The position numbers and the translations under genes were made by a program. A stretch of 64,000 nt of DNA from Nageia nagi (taxonomy: Eukaryota; Plantae; Pinophyta): positions 15,562,001 to 15,626,000 of the forward strand of contig JBITNC010000002.1 in the NCBI GenBank assembly GCA_050084985.1, read 5' to 3'. The first letter of the stretch is position 1; each line of letters begins with the position of its first letter. Below are positions 24,310 through 38,371 of this stretch, piece after piece. The notes below the pieces were generated by a model that was not told the DNA's origin, searched no databases, and saw nothing but the letters and a program-made list of their open reading frames with translations.

Positions 24310-27300
24310 ATGAAAGAAAGAAACAAAGAAAATATATTAATGTCCATGGGTGACCAAAAGCGGTCAATGGGATTATACATAGTATGTGCATCGGCAATTT
24401 GGGGTTCAAGTTGATCCCCACTAAAGCTAAGAACATTAAGAAACAAAACTACATAAGATACAAAATGGGTTGAAACCCTAAGAGCTCGATTCAGAGTATA
24501 GTAAGGGGTACTATATCAATTTAGCTAAGTCTCTAATCTGTGGAACCAGTGCTTGCATCAACTTTGAAGAAGAATGTAATTTGTCGAGACCTCAAAGGAA
24601 TATGGGTGTCATGTCAGCATCTCTTGGTGCATCCGACAAGAGGGAAGCCTCTCTCACTTTTCCTCAAGACCTCTCCTCTATGACAAGTTGGAAGAAGGAT
24701 GTAATGCATCGATCGTTGCGCAGATGCCACATTTGGGATAAGAGGGGTAGGTGTATGTTGGTATATGTGGGGGTGAGGAACAACTCTTTGTCATTCCGAA
24801 GGAAGTACTAAGAATAGTGAAGTGACTTGGGTGTGAGGTATTGTTGGGGAGTGAACCAAGTACTCAAAATATATGTTTTACATATCGTCTCGCAGATCAA
24901 CCACAAAGAGTCATCCAAGGGTGTGGAAAAATCTTGTATGGGGCCGGATACTCAGTCATATGAAAAGCCTAATCATTGTAGTGCCATAGAGACCTTTGGC
25001 CCTTATGGGTAGTCTATCAGTCCTACTTGAAACAATAAAGCCTTGGACGTGTTGAAAATAAAGAACTAGTGCTGTAAGGGCCCACACTTGAAGGGGGTGG
25101 CAACCAAACTTTGTGAGTATAATTTGGTGGGGGACAATCCTCTCGCTCCGAATGGAGTGAGATAATTTGTTGACCAAAATCCTCTCTATCCTAACCCAAT
25201 TTGTTTGTCTCAAGCTAAGCCCCATATCTCCCTACCATATAATATCATGTGAGTGACTAGGGTATAAAATAATTGTTACTTGTATGGAATGTCTTGGAAG
25301 TGGAGTTGCATGCACTACCTCTTAAGGGAGGAGACTATCGCATATCCTCTTTGAACAAATGTAGGTCGTGAGATGACGATGGGAGGGGGTTGGTTGGGTC
25401 ATTGCGGAGATGAGTGGCGTAAATGTTCCAATTCTGAAGGGAAATACGTAGGATTGTGGTGGAGAGAGGATATGATCTCTTGCCTTCTTTTGGTCAAGAA
25501 GTGTTGTTTCTTGGTCCATAGGAGGTGACAATACTAATGATGGATGGAGTGTTTATTAGGCAAAGAAGCATCGAAGGAAAGGGCTTTCTTAAGGCGATGT
25601 TGGCTGATTTTACAATTGATGTCAAATAATTGGTTTGAGGGTCAATGACCATTGGGTTGTTGGGAAGATGAGGGGTGAGTAGTGTGGGGGAAACTTGGAG
25701 GGATGTCAAACGAAGGGAATCAACAAGGAAAAGAGCTTGAACATCAATGGTAGGTAGGGAATGCATGTTGTGAAGTTTTTGCTTTAGAATGTTGTTGTCT
25801 GTAGATTAGAGGGAGGGGATAGTTGGAATATAAGGGAGAGGATTAGGTGTGCATGGTTGAAAAGAGGAAGACATGGGGTAACCTAAAAAAAATGGATGTG
25901 TAGGATTACGGAGGGACTGGAAAGGATATAGTCAACAACATTGGACCCATCAACATGGGGAAGCTTGTGTGGAACAAAGAGAGGGGGAATCAAGCTATAT
26001 CGTTCAATATGACAAGGTTTGTGTATCTCACCAAGCTTAGGAGGAATCTCCCATATGCTGAGGGGGGTTTGAATTTAGGCGAATTTCATTGAAGCCCAAG
26101 GACACAATCAAGTGCATGAAGATGGAGAGGGTCAATCCTATCATTGAAGTACCATGTTTGAAATCTCCTTGGCCTATTGTTGAAAGCACATACTAGAATA
26201 ATCTCTCCTTACAGTTAATATTTGAAGATCTCCAAAAAGAATTCAAGGAATGAAAACTCACCATCTCCTTGGATAGCATATCGGGATGTCATTGGCAGGA
26301 AGTAGCATCTTGCTATGTATATCCTCCTAAGAGGTGGGACTCTCACAACTGAGACCCAATGCCCTCTACTTTGACCCTAGGAGACAAGTGGCACTACGTA
26401 GGAAGGCTAAACATCTTACGCCTCAATCATGGCTACTTGTTTGCGGTGAAGTCCTGAAAGCATAAATCCAAGTAGAACCTATGAAGAATGGGAGGCCTCT
26501 AACAATGCTCTCATGAGTCTCAATGAATAAAATCATATCTATGTAGGAGATGATGTCATGAACTACTCCGAGTGAAGACCAAAGCATGTCGTTATAATTC
26601 CAAACTTTAAAAGTGAGCATTGAGGGGACCTCTTGCTGTCGTCATTAGGGAGGTTCAAGGTGTGACCAACTTGGCAAGGGAGTGTCACGAATGATTGCCC
26701 TATAGTCTCAAATGAGCCCATTTTTTTTCCTTTTGAGTTGCTATCACCAAAGTGTGAGCTTTCTGAAGCTCTTCTACTTAGAGCCGTGTGAGAGTGACAT
26801 CCAAGTAGATCTTGGTTGGCACTATGAAAAGTGTACTCTTTGCCCTCAAGGCATGTAAACGTTCACTTGTTGGTTGGAAATACATAATGAGAGTGTCATC
26901 ATGTGTTATCCATGTTGATTCCAAGCTGATATATTCTTCAAGCCTAGGGTGGCTTGTATGAAATTGCAAATATCTTAAAGGGGCTCAATGGATTTAGGCA
27001 ATCCACGAACGTGGTGGTTGAACACTTTGGAATGGTGCAATCTCTCTTTTGCAATGTTGGCATTCATGGCCTGCTCCACAATAAGCGGGGGTCTTATTCC
27101 CTTCGCCACATCTGCCCACAAATTCTGAGTTTCAACTTGTTGGTGCGGAGATTGTTGGTGGGTTATGGTTTCTTGTTTGAATTATTCTTATTGCATAGTT
27201 ATCTCTAACTATTTTGTTTGGATCTCGGTTACGATTTCATGGAGTTGTTGGAGTGGAACTTCATTAGCATGGAATGATTCAATTTTCTCCATTCTATCTT

Positions 27301-27880
27301 TTAGTTATGTGACCAAAAAAAAATTGAGAGGGGTAGAAGAGGTGACTTCTTGTAAGGAGGAAATATGTGAGTTCATGCTCTTGATGCATCTATCCTAATT
27401 TGTCAACTGATTATGAAGTTGGCAAGTGAGTGTTTGTTGCTTTGTAGGAGAGAGGTTAGTTGTTTTGGTAGGAGCAATTTTGTCTTCTCAAGTTTTAACA
27501 GATGCTTGTTGTGATTGATGTAGCGAACTTGAAGTTTGGAAGATCTCCCCACACTAGTGCACAAGCGCAACAAAGAGTTCGATGATAGTGATATATGAAG
27601 GGGGGAATCCATTACAAATTGAGATAAGTCATGGGAACAAACCATGAACATGGACAACGCACCAACTAACAATGTCGCTTGATAGTCATGGATGATGCAC
27701 AATTGCTTGGTTGGAAGGCCGTGGGATTGTGGGAGGTCAGAAACACCAATTGGGACAAATCACATAGATTGTTTGAAGGTGTAGATGACGAATATAGACA
27801 AAGCTTCATGAAGACAACAAATACAGTCAAAACTGGATGTGAGCATGGAGGAGGGGGCATTGAGGGCGAAAACGAATAGG
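24310..27880 (-). mobile_element. Degenerate RTE-X-like LINE with ORF1, AP endonuclease and post-RT domain; RT core appears deleted
   Basis: ORF1 end RLHALRAKSTL..IYLDVTLT. Endonuclease VWN..ETHE, GEIILVCAFNNR, GSNVVDYIL. Post-RT QLFYTLVTHMILYGREIW..IERIL..IILTKFG. Boundaries approximate. Confidence 0.7.
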
Positions 27881-28389
27881 ATCAAAATTCTTGTTATTTT
27901 TTGTCAGGTTCAAAGGCTTTTCAATAAAAGTACCAAGCTTATAAAGTTTTATGCAAATTATTTTACACAATATTGCTACAACTTTCAAAGTCTTTAAAAT
28001 ATCTTAATTTGTTGTTTTGGCATGCAAAACTTTTTAAAATATTTTTTATGCTTTGAAGATTAGCATTCACCATACAAATGTTAAGAACAAAAATGAAAAT
28101 AGTTTGTTGCTAGTTTAAATGGATATGAACACCATCTACAAGAAATGCCATGCTCAAATAGTCATTGACTAATGATACTGTATAAAAATTCTATTTTTGC
28201 CTAAATCTACTCTCTTCTTGTTGTGAAATGCATGGATTGAGCTATAAAATCTCAAGAATTCTGTAAGATTTTTTTGGATAAAAAATGTTAATTTTTCTCA
28301 CTCAAAATTCTAGAACTTGGCTTTGCATAGAAGTACATTACATTATGTTCACTAAAAGGTTTGAAGTTTTGACTTGCTAATGATCAAGC

Positions 28390-28392
<3 letters not shown>

Positions 28393-28423
<31 letters not shown>
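28393..28423. repeat. (TA)n microsatellite
   Basis: Directly visible. Confidence 0.95.
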
Positions 28424-28425
<2 letters not shown>

Positions 28426-28919
28426 CTACTAGCATGGTTCTTATTACTACACATATGCTGATTGCCAAATAACAAATCAAGCTTGCAATGAGGCAATATC
28501 ATTTTGTATTAGATTTTCTAAACTAGAAAACTCTTGTTGGTAAAGAATGTTTTGCCCAAGGAGAATTCTTTCCTTTGTATTTCATTATGCAATCCTAAAA
28601 TTTGTATGGGCATTGGGTTTTCTCATAGTATGTTAAAATCCTTTGATTTGTAACATTTCTTTCATTTTAGTGGCTTTTTCTTGTAGTTGTTAATTTTGAA
28701 CCTTTTATTGCTTTAGGTTGAGAATAACTTGGGAATGGCCCTCTCACAATAATTGTAGGTCTCTACTGTCCAATATGAAATGTAATTCTTTGACCATTGG
28801 TTCAATCTCAACCATATTATTCGAATTGTTTTAATTTGTGCATCAAGCTCGCTTTATTTTTTTGTGTGCCACATATGAAATGAGAAGTAGACATGCATGT
28901 ACAATTGGACATCTTTCTA

Positions 28920-29505
28920 ATTTTTTTTTGGTAGGTGAATGAGCGTTCTATAGGATACTTCTACTAAGAAAAATAACAAAAAATCACAAAAAGCTACAAA
29001 CATAATAATTCAATTTGGGTAACTAATATTCTTGTTGGAAAAGACTTAACATAAAGAGTAGGGTTATTCAACTTCATAGGATGAGAGTAAGCACAAGAAC
29101 AATTGCTAGGCAAATCTCTTTAGGTCGTTCCTTTGCTTTCTGGCCTTGGTAAATTAAATTTAATATTAATGTTCATGGATGACAAAAAATGGTTAATGGT
29201 ACTATAGAAGAGTATATATAAGAAGAACAAGGGAGTACCTAAAGCGTCTCCAAAGAGTAAGAATGAAGAGGAGACAGAAAAATTGCAATAGGAGTCTCCA
29301 TAATGCCATATCCAACAAGCTAATCTGTAGCAGTAGGAATTGGTATGTGAAAAGTTAGAAGGCTCCCCTAATATTCAAGACCAAAAAGAGGCTCCTAATG
29401 TCGCAACTTTCAACTAGGAGTTTAGTTGTAACAAGATGACAAGTAGACATCCTAGAATCATCAGGAACCAAGGATCGCTTTCTCCTGCAGTTGGAAAATT
29501 TTTCT
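28920..29505 (-). mobile_element. 5'-truncated L1-like LINE 3' end
   Basis: The minus strand ends ...cctaccAAAAAAAAA. Decayed C-terminal SH...C.LACWIW...LLFG segment. Abuts flank copy 2. Confidence 0.45.
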
Positions 29506-32500
29506 ATACTATCATCTATTCTAAAGCTTTCAAGTTTAAGCCACATCGGTCAGACATTAAATATTTTTGAATTTAGAGGCCTTACAAACTTTTCTTGAAA
29601 GTGCTGTTCAAATCTTTTCGTTTCATGGGAAACATTAACTGGTGATCAATTAAATTTTTTTCCCAAATCTTGCTATAAGATGGATGGTTATAATCTTATA
29701 TACATATAGAGCTCTTATTAATTAGACTTCAAAGAATGGTGAAAGGTCAGTCATCATGGTGAAGAGTGCAAGCTTTTCAAGGCAAAATGATCAATTTTTA
29801 ATCAGCATGTCTCAAGCAGGGGCAATGGATGATCCACAGGTTCAGAAAAATGGATGCAATTGGAGTATGGATATCATTCACTTCAGAATCCTTGATTCAG
29901 TAACCATACCATTATAGTGCTGTGACACCATTGAAATTTCAGAGAAAATAAAAATGCACTGAATTTGGATATGTATTCTAGCCAATTACTCCATTTAACT
30001 CACTTATTTGAGACAAATATTATATCAGGATCTATCTTTTTTTTCTTATCCTCGTCTCATCTGTATACAAGAATTGCCATGATCCTAAGTTCTAACCGAT
30101 ATGTCTGGCTGCATAATATTCTCATTGTGTGAATGCCTTTCTCCTTTGTAGTACTAGTTCTTGTGTTCTTGTTTCAATTTTTGTAACTTATAATATATTT
30201 TTTTGTTCATGGTATTCTATGTTGGGATTTTGTAGTTTCTATAATAATATTTCTATACCTGGGTGAAATATAATCATTGTACAACATTATCTGGATGCTT
30301 ATGCATATGTATGATGCCAGTTTGGACATGTGTATTGTTTTTCTTACTTTAAAGGTACTTGTGCACCTTTTCTTTTCTGACTTCGTTATCTTTCTACGTA
30401 TGTTTCCTATTCTTTTTCAAACTCTTATTCATGCCTTTCTTGAGGTTGTATAAGGAAGTCTTAACTATATGAAATTAATATCTCATACTTCAAAGTATAA
30501 TCTTTCCACAATTGGGCATCTCTCTCCTAATATATCCTTGTTCTCAATGCTCATACTTCTTTAAGATCTATCAGCATAGTTGACATGAATTGGATGCAAA
30601 ATATGCTTAAGATTTTGATTTATTCCCAGTAAATCACAACTTTAAGTACATCTGGATTTTCCAGCCATTCAAACTTTTCCTGAAGTTTTTGTTCAACACT
30701 GACGACTTACAGTTTTACTTAAACATTAGCATAACAAAGCTTCAGATTTTTTAGTTCTTAAGAAACATTCTCCTGTACCAATATCATTGTTGAACATTTA
30801 TATGTAAGATGAATGGTTGCATAGTAGAGATTCCACTATGAAGTGAATGGTCATAGGTCAGAGTTGTTAATTTCTATATGATTGGTTGCAAACTTCAATG
30901 CTAAATGTTTGGCTTAAGATCTTTGTTGGAAGTAGGCTCAACAAGTTGAAAGCATGGACTGCAAATAATCCACACTTTCAAGAAAATGACTACTAATGGA
31001 AGAGATGTCATTCAGGGTTGCATCCTTGATTCAATTGGTGATACCATTATGACACTCTGCCACCAGTAGAAGTGCCAAAGAAATAACAGTGCAACCAATT
31101 TTGATAAATATTCTACCCAACAACTGTGTCATGCGAATATTGAAGACCAAAATGTTATTGGATGCTGTTTTTTCCTTCTTATTCTTTTTTTGTATGCGCA
31201 TTGGATTTTCATGATCCTAATCACTATTTTGAGCTTCGTAAACGGCTTATAATTTTAACATTTTTCTTATATATAGTATTTGTTCCTTTTTAAACCTAAA
31301 GAAGAACTCTTCTGTTGTAAATGGTCTCCTACAATATGACCTTTGTGTATATTTTATAAAATACTTCTATTTGAGAGTGAAGTATAATATTATTATTCAC
31401 AACATTGTATGGCTGCATTTGCCTAGTTAATATTTTAGTTGTCAAACGTTCTATGTCAAATTTGGCCACAATGTGTTTTTTTAAAACTCTTCTACGTGCA
31501 TTTTTTTTCTGAGGTTGTCTGAAAAAGACTTCCAGTTATGAATGAGCTATTCAGTGTACTACACACTTCTCTATGTATCACATACTATAAGTTCATCTTT
31601 CTATTTGATTTGTTTTTTCGTTCAGTTATCTGTTGGGTTCCACAAGTCCATATTTTGAAGCACATCATTGGGGTATCCCACATGTGATTTTGGGTTTCAT
31701 TAAACATCAGGCTCTTTGAGTGAGCCAGTTTTTGTCAAGTTTTAATGTTTAAAATTTTATGCCTTTTTTCGCTGGGTTTTGATCTATTTTCTCTTCCATC
31801 TTGAGTTTTTGAAAAGAGCCTGGGTTGGAGAATTTCGGGGTTCTCATCAGATTTCTTGACTAAAAAAGAATAATTTGAAAATATAGTGCTTCCCATTTAT
31901 CTTTGGAATTGAAGAGATAACCAGTGAGCTTCGTTATTATTAACATTGTCTATTTATACATTGCAAAGTTGCTTATAACTTGTAACTATTCAAGACGTTT
32001 ATCAACCCTTATCCTCTAATTTAATCGTTCACCTATAACAAAAGGTATGACATATTTTATTAACTATTTACATGAAATGACGCAGTATTCTAATTTTTTT
32101 AATATCCCTCTTTACATCATTTGATAATAAAATAAGCTTGATTTGTTTGACACAACAAAAACATCAAACCAGCAGACTGGCTTACATTAATTTAGGTTGC
32201 TGTAACTCATTTGATGGAGTTGGATATACAGTTCAAATGCTATGGGTATAAAATGGAATATACACATACAGTAAACTCAAAAGAACGCATCACTATCAAC
32301 TATAACTCTTTTTTCTATGGAGTGGGACATAGAGTTCAAATACTATTGGTAAACTATAATATACATCTATAGGATACTCTAGGAATGTATAGTTACCAAT
32401 CTTAGAGATGTACCTAATAGTTCATTGTAAACCATCAGATATTGGTTACGAAACACTATGGTTTGAATTTGTAATTGCATTCTGAATCGCTTTCTAGAAA

Positions 32501-33264
32501 TAAGCAAATCATGAGTTAAATGGAAGAGCAATTCTCGCAAAACATGATCGATTCAATAGAAGTGGAAATTAGAAATTTTTCTTTTTTAATTTATTTTTTA
32601 ATACAAATATTATGTTTATTGAAGACACATTATAGTGAACATAATATTATCTGAAGGATTTCAAATTTTCATTCATTTTGTTTGAATTCATACATAATTT
32701 TTTTTTATCAATTTTATTTAGTGAACTAAAATTTTCAAAGGGTTTAAAAAAAGTGATCTACAACTAAAGAAATAATCTCCTTAAACATGATTTTCTTTGG
32801 AGTGTTTGGAGTTTTCAATAGATTCACATCATGTGTCAAATTTCAAACTTTGTCTTCAACATGTAAAAATTTGTGCAATACATCCCATTAGAAATAAATC
32901 TCTTTTTCATACTATACATGATCCATTAGTAGAAATCCTTTTGTAGAAAGTCATTTACAATGTTAAAATAGATTTCTTTTGCAAAATCTGAATGCAATTT
33001 GGTACATTGAAATTCTTTCGTTTTTGACAATTTCAATATAATAGATGGTTGCAAACAAACACCACAAACTAGTACAACACAAAGAATATTGAATAAAAAG
33101 GAAATTATTGTTGAAAATCATATGATGTGCCTTAAAATCTGAGGCCACTATTCTTAAGTGATCGAGGGTTAACTTTCAACGTTTTTCATTGTTTAATATA
33201 TACGGTATAGTTCAATATCATCAATATGCATTATTTTGGAAATATCTTTAATTTGTAAACACTC
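29506..33264 (+). repeat. mTERF 3' flank, copy 2 (orphan, no mTERF CDS upstream)
   Basis: Collinear with copy 1 but contains an extra ~1.85 kb (30190-32045), which is partly homologous to ~58600-60300. Confidence 0.85.
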
Positions 33265-33800
33265 ATAGGGTATGGTGTAGTTGTCACACTTGAGAGGTAT
33301 TGAGATAGCATGGTAAAAATTAAACTCTTCAATGCATTTATCTCTTCAACTTTGTTTGATGGGTGTGAAGTTTGTGGACCTAGCTTGAGACACTTTGGTT
33401 GGGATTGCATTGATAAAATCTTGATCAATATGCTCTCAAGATTTATTCAAATTAAAAGAATTATCCTACATTGTATTATCCATGTTGAATTCGATGATAT
33501 CTTATGTTGGGTCTTGCAATATTCGATATTATTGAGCTTCTAAATAAGATTCATCACATGATTTCCACAATTCATGACTCGAAGAGATACCCTTTTTTAG
33601 TTCTCAAATCTTTTATGCAACTTGTAAATAAAGGCATTTGATGGTGTTGTTATTGAAAAATGACTTCTCTCTTGATATCTGTAAGCCTAGATATTGAGTG
33701 ATTTCCTCCCTCTCAACTCTCAAACAAGGCTTTTAATCCTTTCACTAGAGATATCAACAAAAGAAGCAAGAATGAAATATTTTCAGGTTACTTGAGGATA
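33265..33800 (+). mobile_element. RTE-X-like LINE 3' fragment
   Basis: KLFNAFISSTLFDGCEVCGPSL..WDCIDKILINMLSRFIQIKRII..IIHVEF. Same post-RT segment as 24956-25330. Confidence 0.65.
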
Positions 33801-33829
33801 ACTTAGATTGAACAAAAAAAATCATTTTC

Positions 33830-34395
33830 ACCAAAGCTTATACATTAACTTAAGGTTCACATGAAATTAGAGAATGGTGTTATTGGTATCCATGAATACA
33901 TCTAACCATACATTACATGATCTTTGATTCCCTCTTAGTCAGATAAAGGTTTGCTCACACTAACTTTGTATTGAAACAAATCATCATATCCCTAGAGATG
34001 AATGTATATGCAACATAGTTCCAAAGATTAAAGAGCATTTCATATTCATTTGCTCCATCTACTATGAAATTCGAGGTTGGTTTCATTGCTTATTCAAAAG
34101 TGCCCATACCTTGAAATGATAAATGAATTACAAAGATGATAAATTATGTTGCACTCTATATCAGAAAAGCCATCTACCTAATATAAAAAGTTATCATAAA
34201 TAGATCCTACAACACAATGAGTTCATGATTTATCACATTTCTTTTTTAACCATAAGAAGTTGAAAGCATTTTCTATAGATTGATGTTGAAATACATACAT
34301 TATTTATAGTTGAAAAAGTTCAACAACTCCCATAAATAAACTCTATTATTGAAACTCATATGATCCATTCTATGTACATTGGAGTTACTTCAATA
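33830..34395. repeat. Dispersed duplicated blocks
   Basis: 33830-34250 aligns with 54405-54815, 34268-34395 aligns with 53674-53802, and 53830-54410 partly aligns with 54840-55130. Confidence 0.75.
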
Positions 34396-34574
34396 GATAA
34401 TTTATACGATGTATCATAACACCCTTTTATTACATCAATCTTTCAATGAAGATATTGTACTAATAACTACTTGATGAATACCTACAATAGTTCAAAACAT
34501 AAGGTATGAGTAAGGATATGCACCTATTCATGATAAGCAATAATGGAACTCATCACACTACATTTCTTAATTCG

Positions 34575-34910
34575 ACCATGGACAAGGACACATTTAGCCA
34601 TCCATGACTCTATGTTTCAATTAGATATGGACAAACACATCTACCTATGGAACCAATGATAGGGACAAACACTTCTATCCAATATCATATAATAAATGTG
34701 GATAGGGACAAAGAAATTTATCCAACATCAAATTTATGAATACGGACACATATGTTCATAATCATTATGATTGGGGACACACACATCCAATCATAATCAC
34801 CAACTGTAAGTGAAGACAAATACATCCCAATCATCTTGTGAATGAGGACAAACACATCTATTTACTAACACAACAAATGTGATTGGGGACAAACACATCC
34901 AATCATAAAT
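34575..34910. repeat. Degenerate array of about 9 GGACAAACACAT(C) motifs at roughly 30-50 bp spacing
   Basis: Examples: ggacaaacacatcta, gggacaaacacttcta, ggggacacacacatccaatcat, ggggacaaacacatccaatcat. Confidence 0.75.
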
Positions 34911-35365
34911 ATAAGCTATTGATTTTATTTAGAAAATATATTCCTCCTCATCGTTCTCGTGTGGAGGGTCTTCAATAATTGAGACATTCTTCATTATTGC
35001 CTATAGCTAATGCCTTATCTATATTCAACTTACCATCAAGATCTTTGGCACATTGAATGCAATTTGTAATAATATTCCCTTTTTTTTTGCATTAATAGCA
35101 TAAAATTCCATCCTTAGAGAATTGTTTTACCTTTGAAGTAGAAGAATTAAATCCAAAGGAACGATTAAACTTATTTTTGACAAGCATTGCAGTTTTCTCT
35201 GTTGTCAAATCTTCTTTCTTGGTTCCTTCATTAATCAAGGTATAAATTATAGCTTTTAGGATGACAAGTATTTTGTTCAATGTGAGCACACTATTATTAT
35301 AGCTAAGGGGCATATTATTCAATAAAACAATTTTTGCACCATCATTATCTACCTTGGCTTTTATC

Positions 35366-35865
35366 TGAGAGAATTGTAATATAAATTAAACAATTGTATA
35401 CTCTCAAGATTACATGAAAGTTCACAATACACATCTAACAAACTTACAAAGCAATCTTGCAAAGATAATACAAGATGTAAGTGGTTCTTCCAACTAGGAG
35501 TACATCCACTAATTAGATCTCATTTCTTTCACAAATATGAATCTCTTACAATTCTCTCAACTCATATCCTAAACACTATCCTATAGCATAGCTTTACTTC
35601 ACAAATTGATGTGTGATCACAAAGAGGGAGTCTTCTATTTATAGGTTGAAATCTCTCTTTGGATTGCCCTTTTACCCAATATACAAAAGTACGACATGCA
35701 CATCATTTTATCCAAAGGGCATGCTCATGACATGGAGTGTAGGATAAGTTACAATATCATATTCACTTAAATACTTAAGGTATCAAATGATACCCTTAAA
35801 TATTAGTGAATTTACATAGAAGATTATTATAAAACCTTTACAATAATGCATTATACATTCCAACA
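35366..35865 (-). repeat. 3' LTR of outer copia
   Basis: About 48 substitutions in 500 bp versus the 5' LTR (hand count), no indels. Decayed PPT adjacent at 35866. Confidence 0.95.
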
Positions 35866-37876
35866 CTCCTTAATGCAATATTGGGATAGAGCGAATAAGA
35901 GAAAAGAAATAGAGAAAGTAAGAGAGTTCTTCTCCAAATAGATACAATGGAGATGAAAACTTTTTACATATTTGTAAAGTAAGAAACATCTAATTTGAGA
36001 CTCACTACTTTGCCAAATACAATCATTAACCATAACTAGTTTCAATGTACATGTAGTCATCTAATTGGAAGTCATGAAGAGTCTCCAAGAGCCTGCATAT
36101 CCAAAGTAAGTAACCTATAATCTCAAAAGAACCTATAGATCATAAGCAGCTCAAATAATAAAATTAGTTCAATGCAACATATTCACATCAACAAGGATAG
36201 ATGAATCACACAAATGCCATCATGAACTGATTAATGGTGCACTATAAGTCATCACAAAAATGCCATGCCAAAAAGTCATAGTCACCTGCTGTATATAAAA
36301 CATATGTTGATTATCATTACAAAATAGACCATGCACATACGAGTTTCTCATATATGGATAACTGAATAGTGCCAAAAGACACGAGTTTCTCACACATGGA
36401 TAATTGAACAATGCTAGATTGGCTAATTTTTTTGCTTTTAAAATTTTGTATAACAAGTTCCTCATGTAAAGTGAACTTACCACAAAAGTGTACAACAAAA
36501 TCAACATTATACAACATAAAATCCTCTTAGGGGTGAAGTTGTCATCACAAACATGAATTTAACATAAAATTTCAAATTTCACTCCCCTTTGAGGGCAACT
36601 TCACCAACCTGATAGCATCCTTAAGCTTACATAATTGAGCTTCTGGGAGGGGCTTGGTGAACAAATCAACGGAGTTTAAGGTGGATGGACAATACTCTAG
36701 GTATATGATGCCATCAAGAACCTTCTCCTTGATAAAATAGGCATGGATTTTCATATGTTTTATTCTCTTATGGAACATAGGATTCTTAGCCAAAGAAATA
36801 GCCAGTTAATTGTCTATAAAAATAAAAAATGAGCCACCTTGGTCATACCCAATTTCTTTTAAAAAATGCCTTTGCCAAATGGCTTCTTGGGCTACAACAG
36901 ACATGATACGATATTATGCTTCTATGGTAAACAGAGAAATAGTAAGCTGCTTTTTGGAAGCCCAAGAGATAGCACCTGAACCAATGCTAAACACATACAC
37001 AAAGGTTGATTTCCTATCATCTCTATCTCCTCCATAGTCAAAATTTAAGAATCTAGAGAGAACAAATGATGGCAACTTAGGATACTTGAGAGCAAGATCC
37101 TTAGTCCCTGCAACATAACTCAAGATTTGCTTAACAGCATTGAGGTGTTCAACATATGGTTTCTACATGAATCATGCCATCATATTCACTGCAAAGGTAA
37201 TATATGGTCTAGATATAGTCAAATACAAAAGATTACCAATTAATTGCCTGTAAGCTGTAGCATCAGCTAATTAAGAGTTAGAGCTTAGAGAAATAGTGAT
37301 TTCACGAGAGATTAGGATCATAGCATTTCTACAATCTCCATTCCAAACTTCTGTAAGATGTATGATATATACTTAGATTGAATGAGATAAGTACAATTCT
37401 TGTAATGATACATTTACATTCTGAGATAATAATGCAAGAGACCAAGATCAATCATTTCAAACGTTACCTTAAGTTTGGATATGCACTCTTGAATGATTTC
37501 ATCATTATTCCTAGTTATCAGAAGATCATCCACATAAAGGAGAATCAAGACCACATTTTTTTTTTGATTTAGTACATATAGATTGGGGTTAAAAAAACAC
37601 TTGGAGAAACCAATGTTTGTAAAATACCTTGAAATCTTTCTACACCAGGCTCTAGGTGCTTGCTTAAGTCCATATAATGACTTCTTTAGTTTGCACACAA
37701 AGACTCTTTGCCTTCCATAATGAACCCTTCTAGTTGATTCATGAAAATTTTCATATCTAAGTTACCATTGAGATATGCACTCTTAACATCAAGCTGAAAA
37801 TTTTTTTATCCTTGAGCTGCAACAAGAATAAGGATAATTCTCATAGTAGGCATCTTTGCCATGGGAGCAAAGATTT

Positions 37877-38371
37877 TTTAAGGAATTAACACTAACAAGA
37901 TAATTTTTAAATAACCAAGATCTCTCGAAAGCTCACAATTACATCTAACATACTCATAAAGTAATCTCACAACATTAGATGTAAGTGGTTCCTCCAACTA
38001 GAAGTACATCCACTAATTAAATCTTTACTTTAATTACAAATACAACTCACTTACAATTCTCTTAATCTCATCTCTTACACTTATATCCTATAGCATAACT
38101 TTACTTCACAATTGGTGTGTGATCACAAAGAGGGAACCTTCTATTTATAGGCCAAAATCTCTCTTTAAATCACCTTTTTATCTAATGTACAAAAGCATGA
38201 TATGCATATCTTTTTACCCAAGAGGCATGCTCATGACATGGAGTGTAGGACAAGTTATATTATAATATTCATTTAAATACTTAAGGTATCAAATGATACC
38301 CTTAAGTATTAGTGAATTTACATAGAAGATTATTACAAAACCTTTACAATAATGCATTATACATTTCAACA
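37877..38371 (-). repeat. 3' LTR of inner copia
   Basis: About 47 substitutions in 495 bp versus 46105-46599 (hand count). Confidence 0.93.

Noticed and set aside
34575-34910. CRISPR-like repeat/spacer pattern
   Set aside because: Repeats are short and degenerate with irregular spacing, there are no cas genes, and the context is a plant retroelement.
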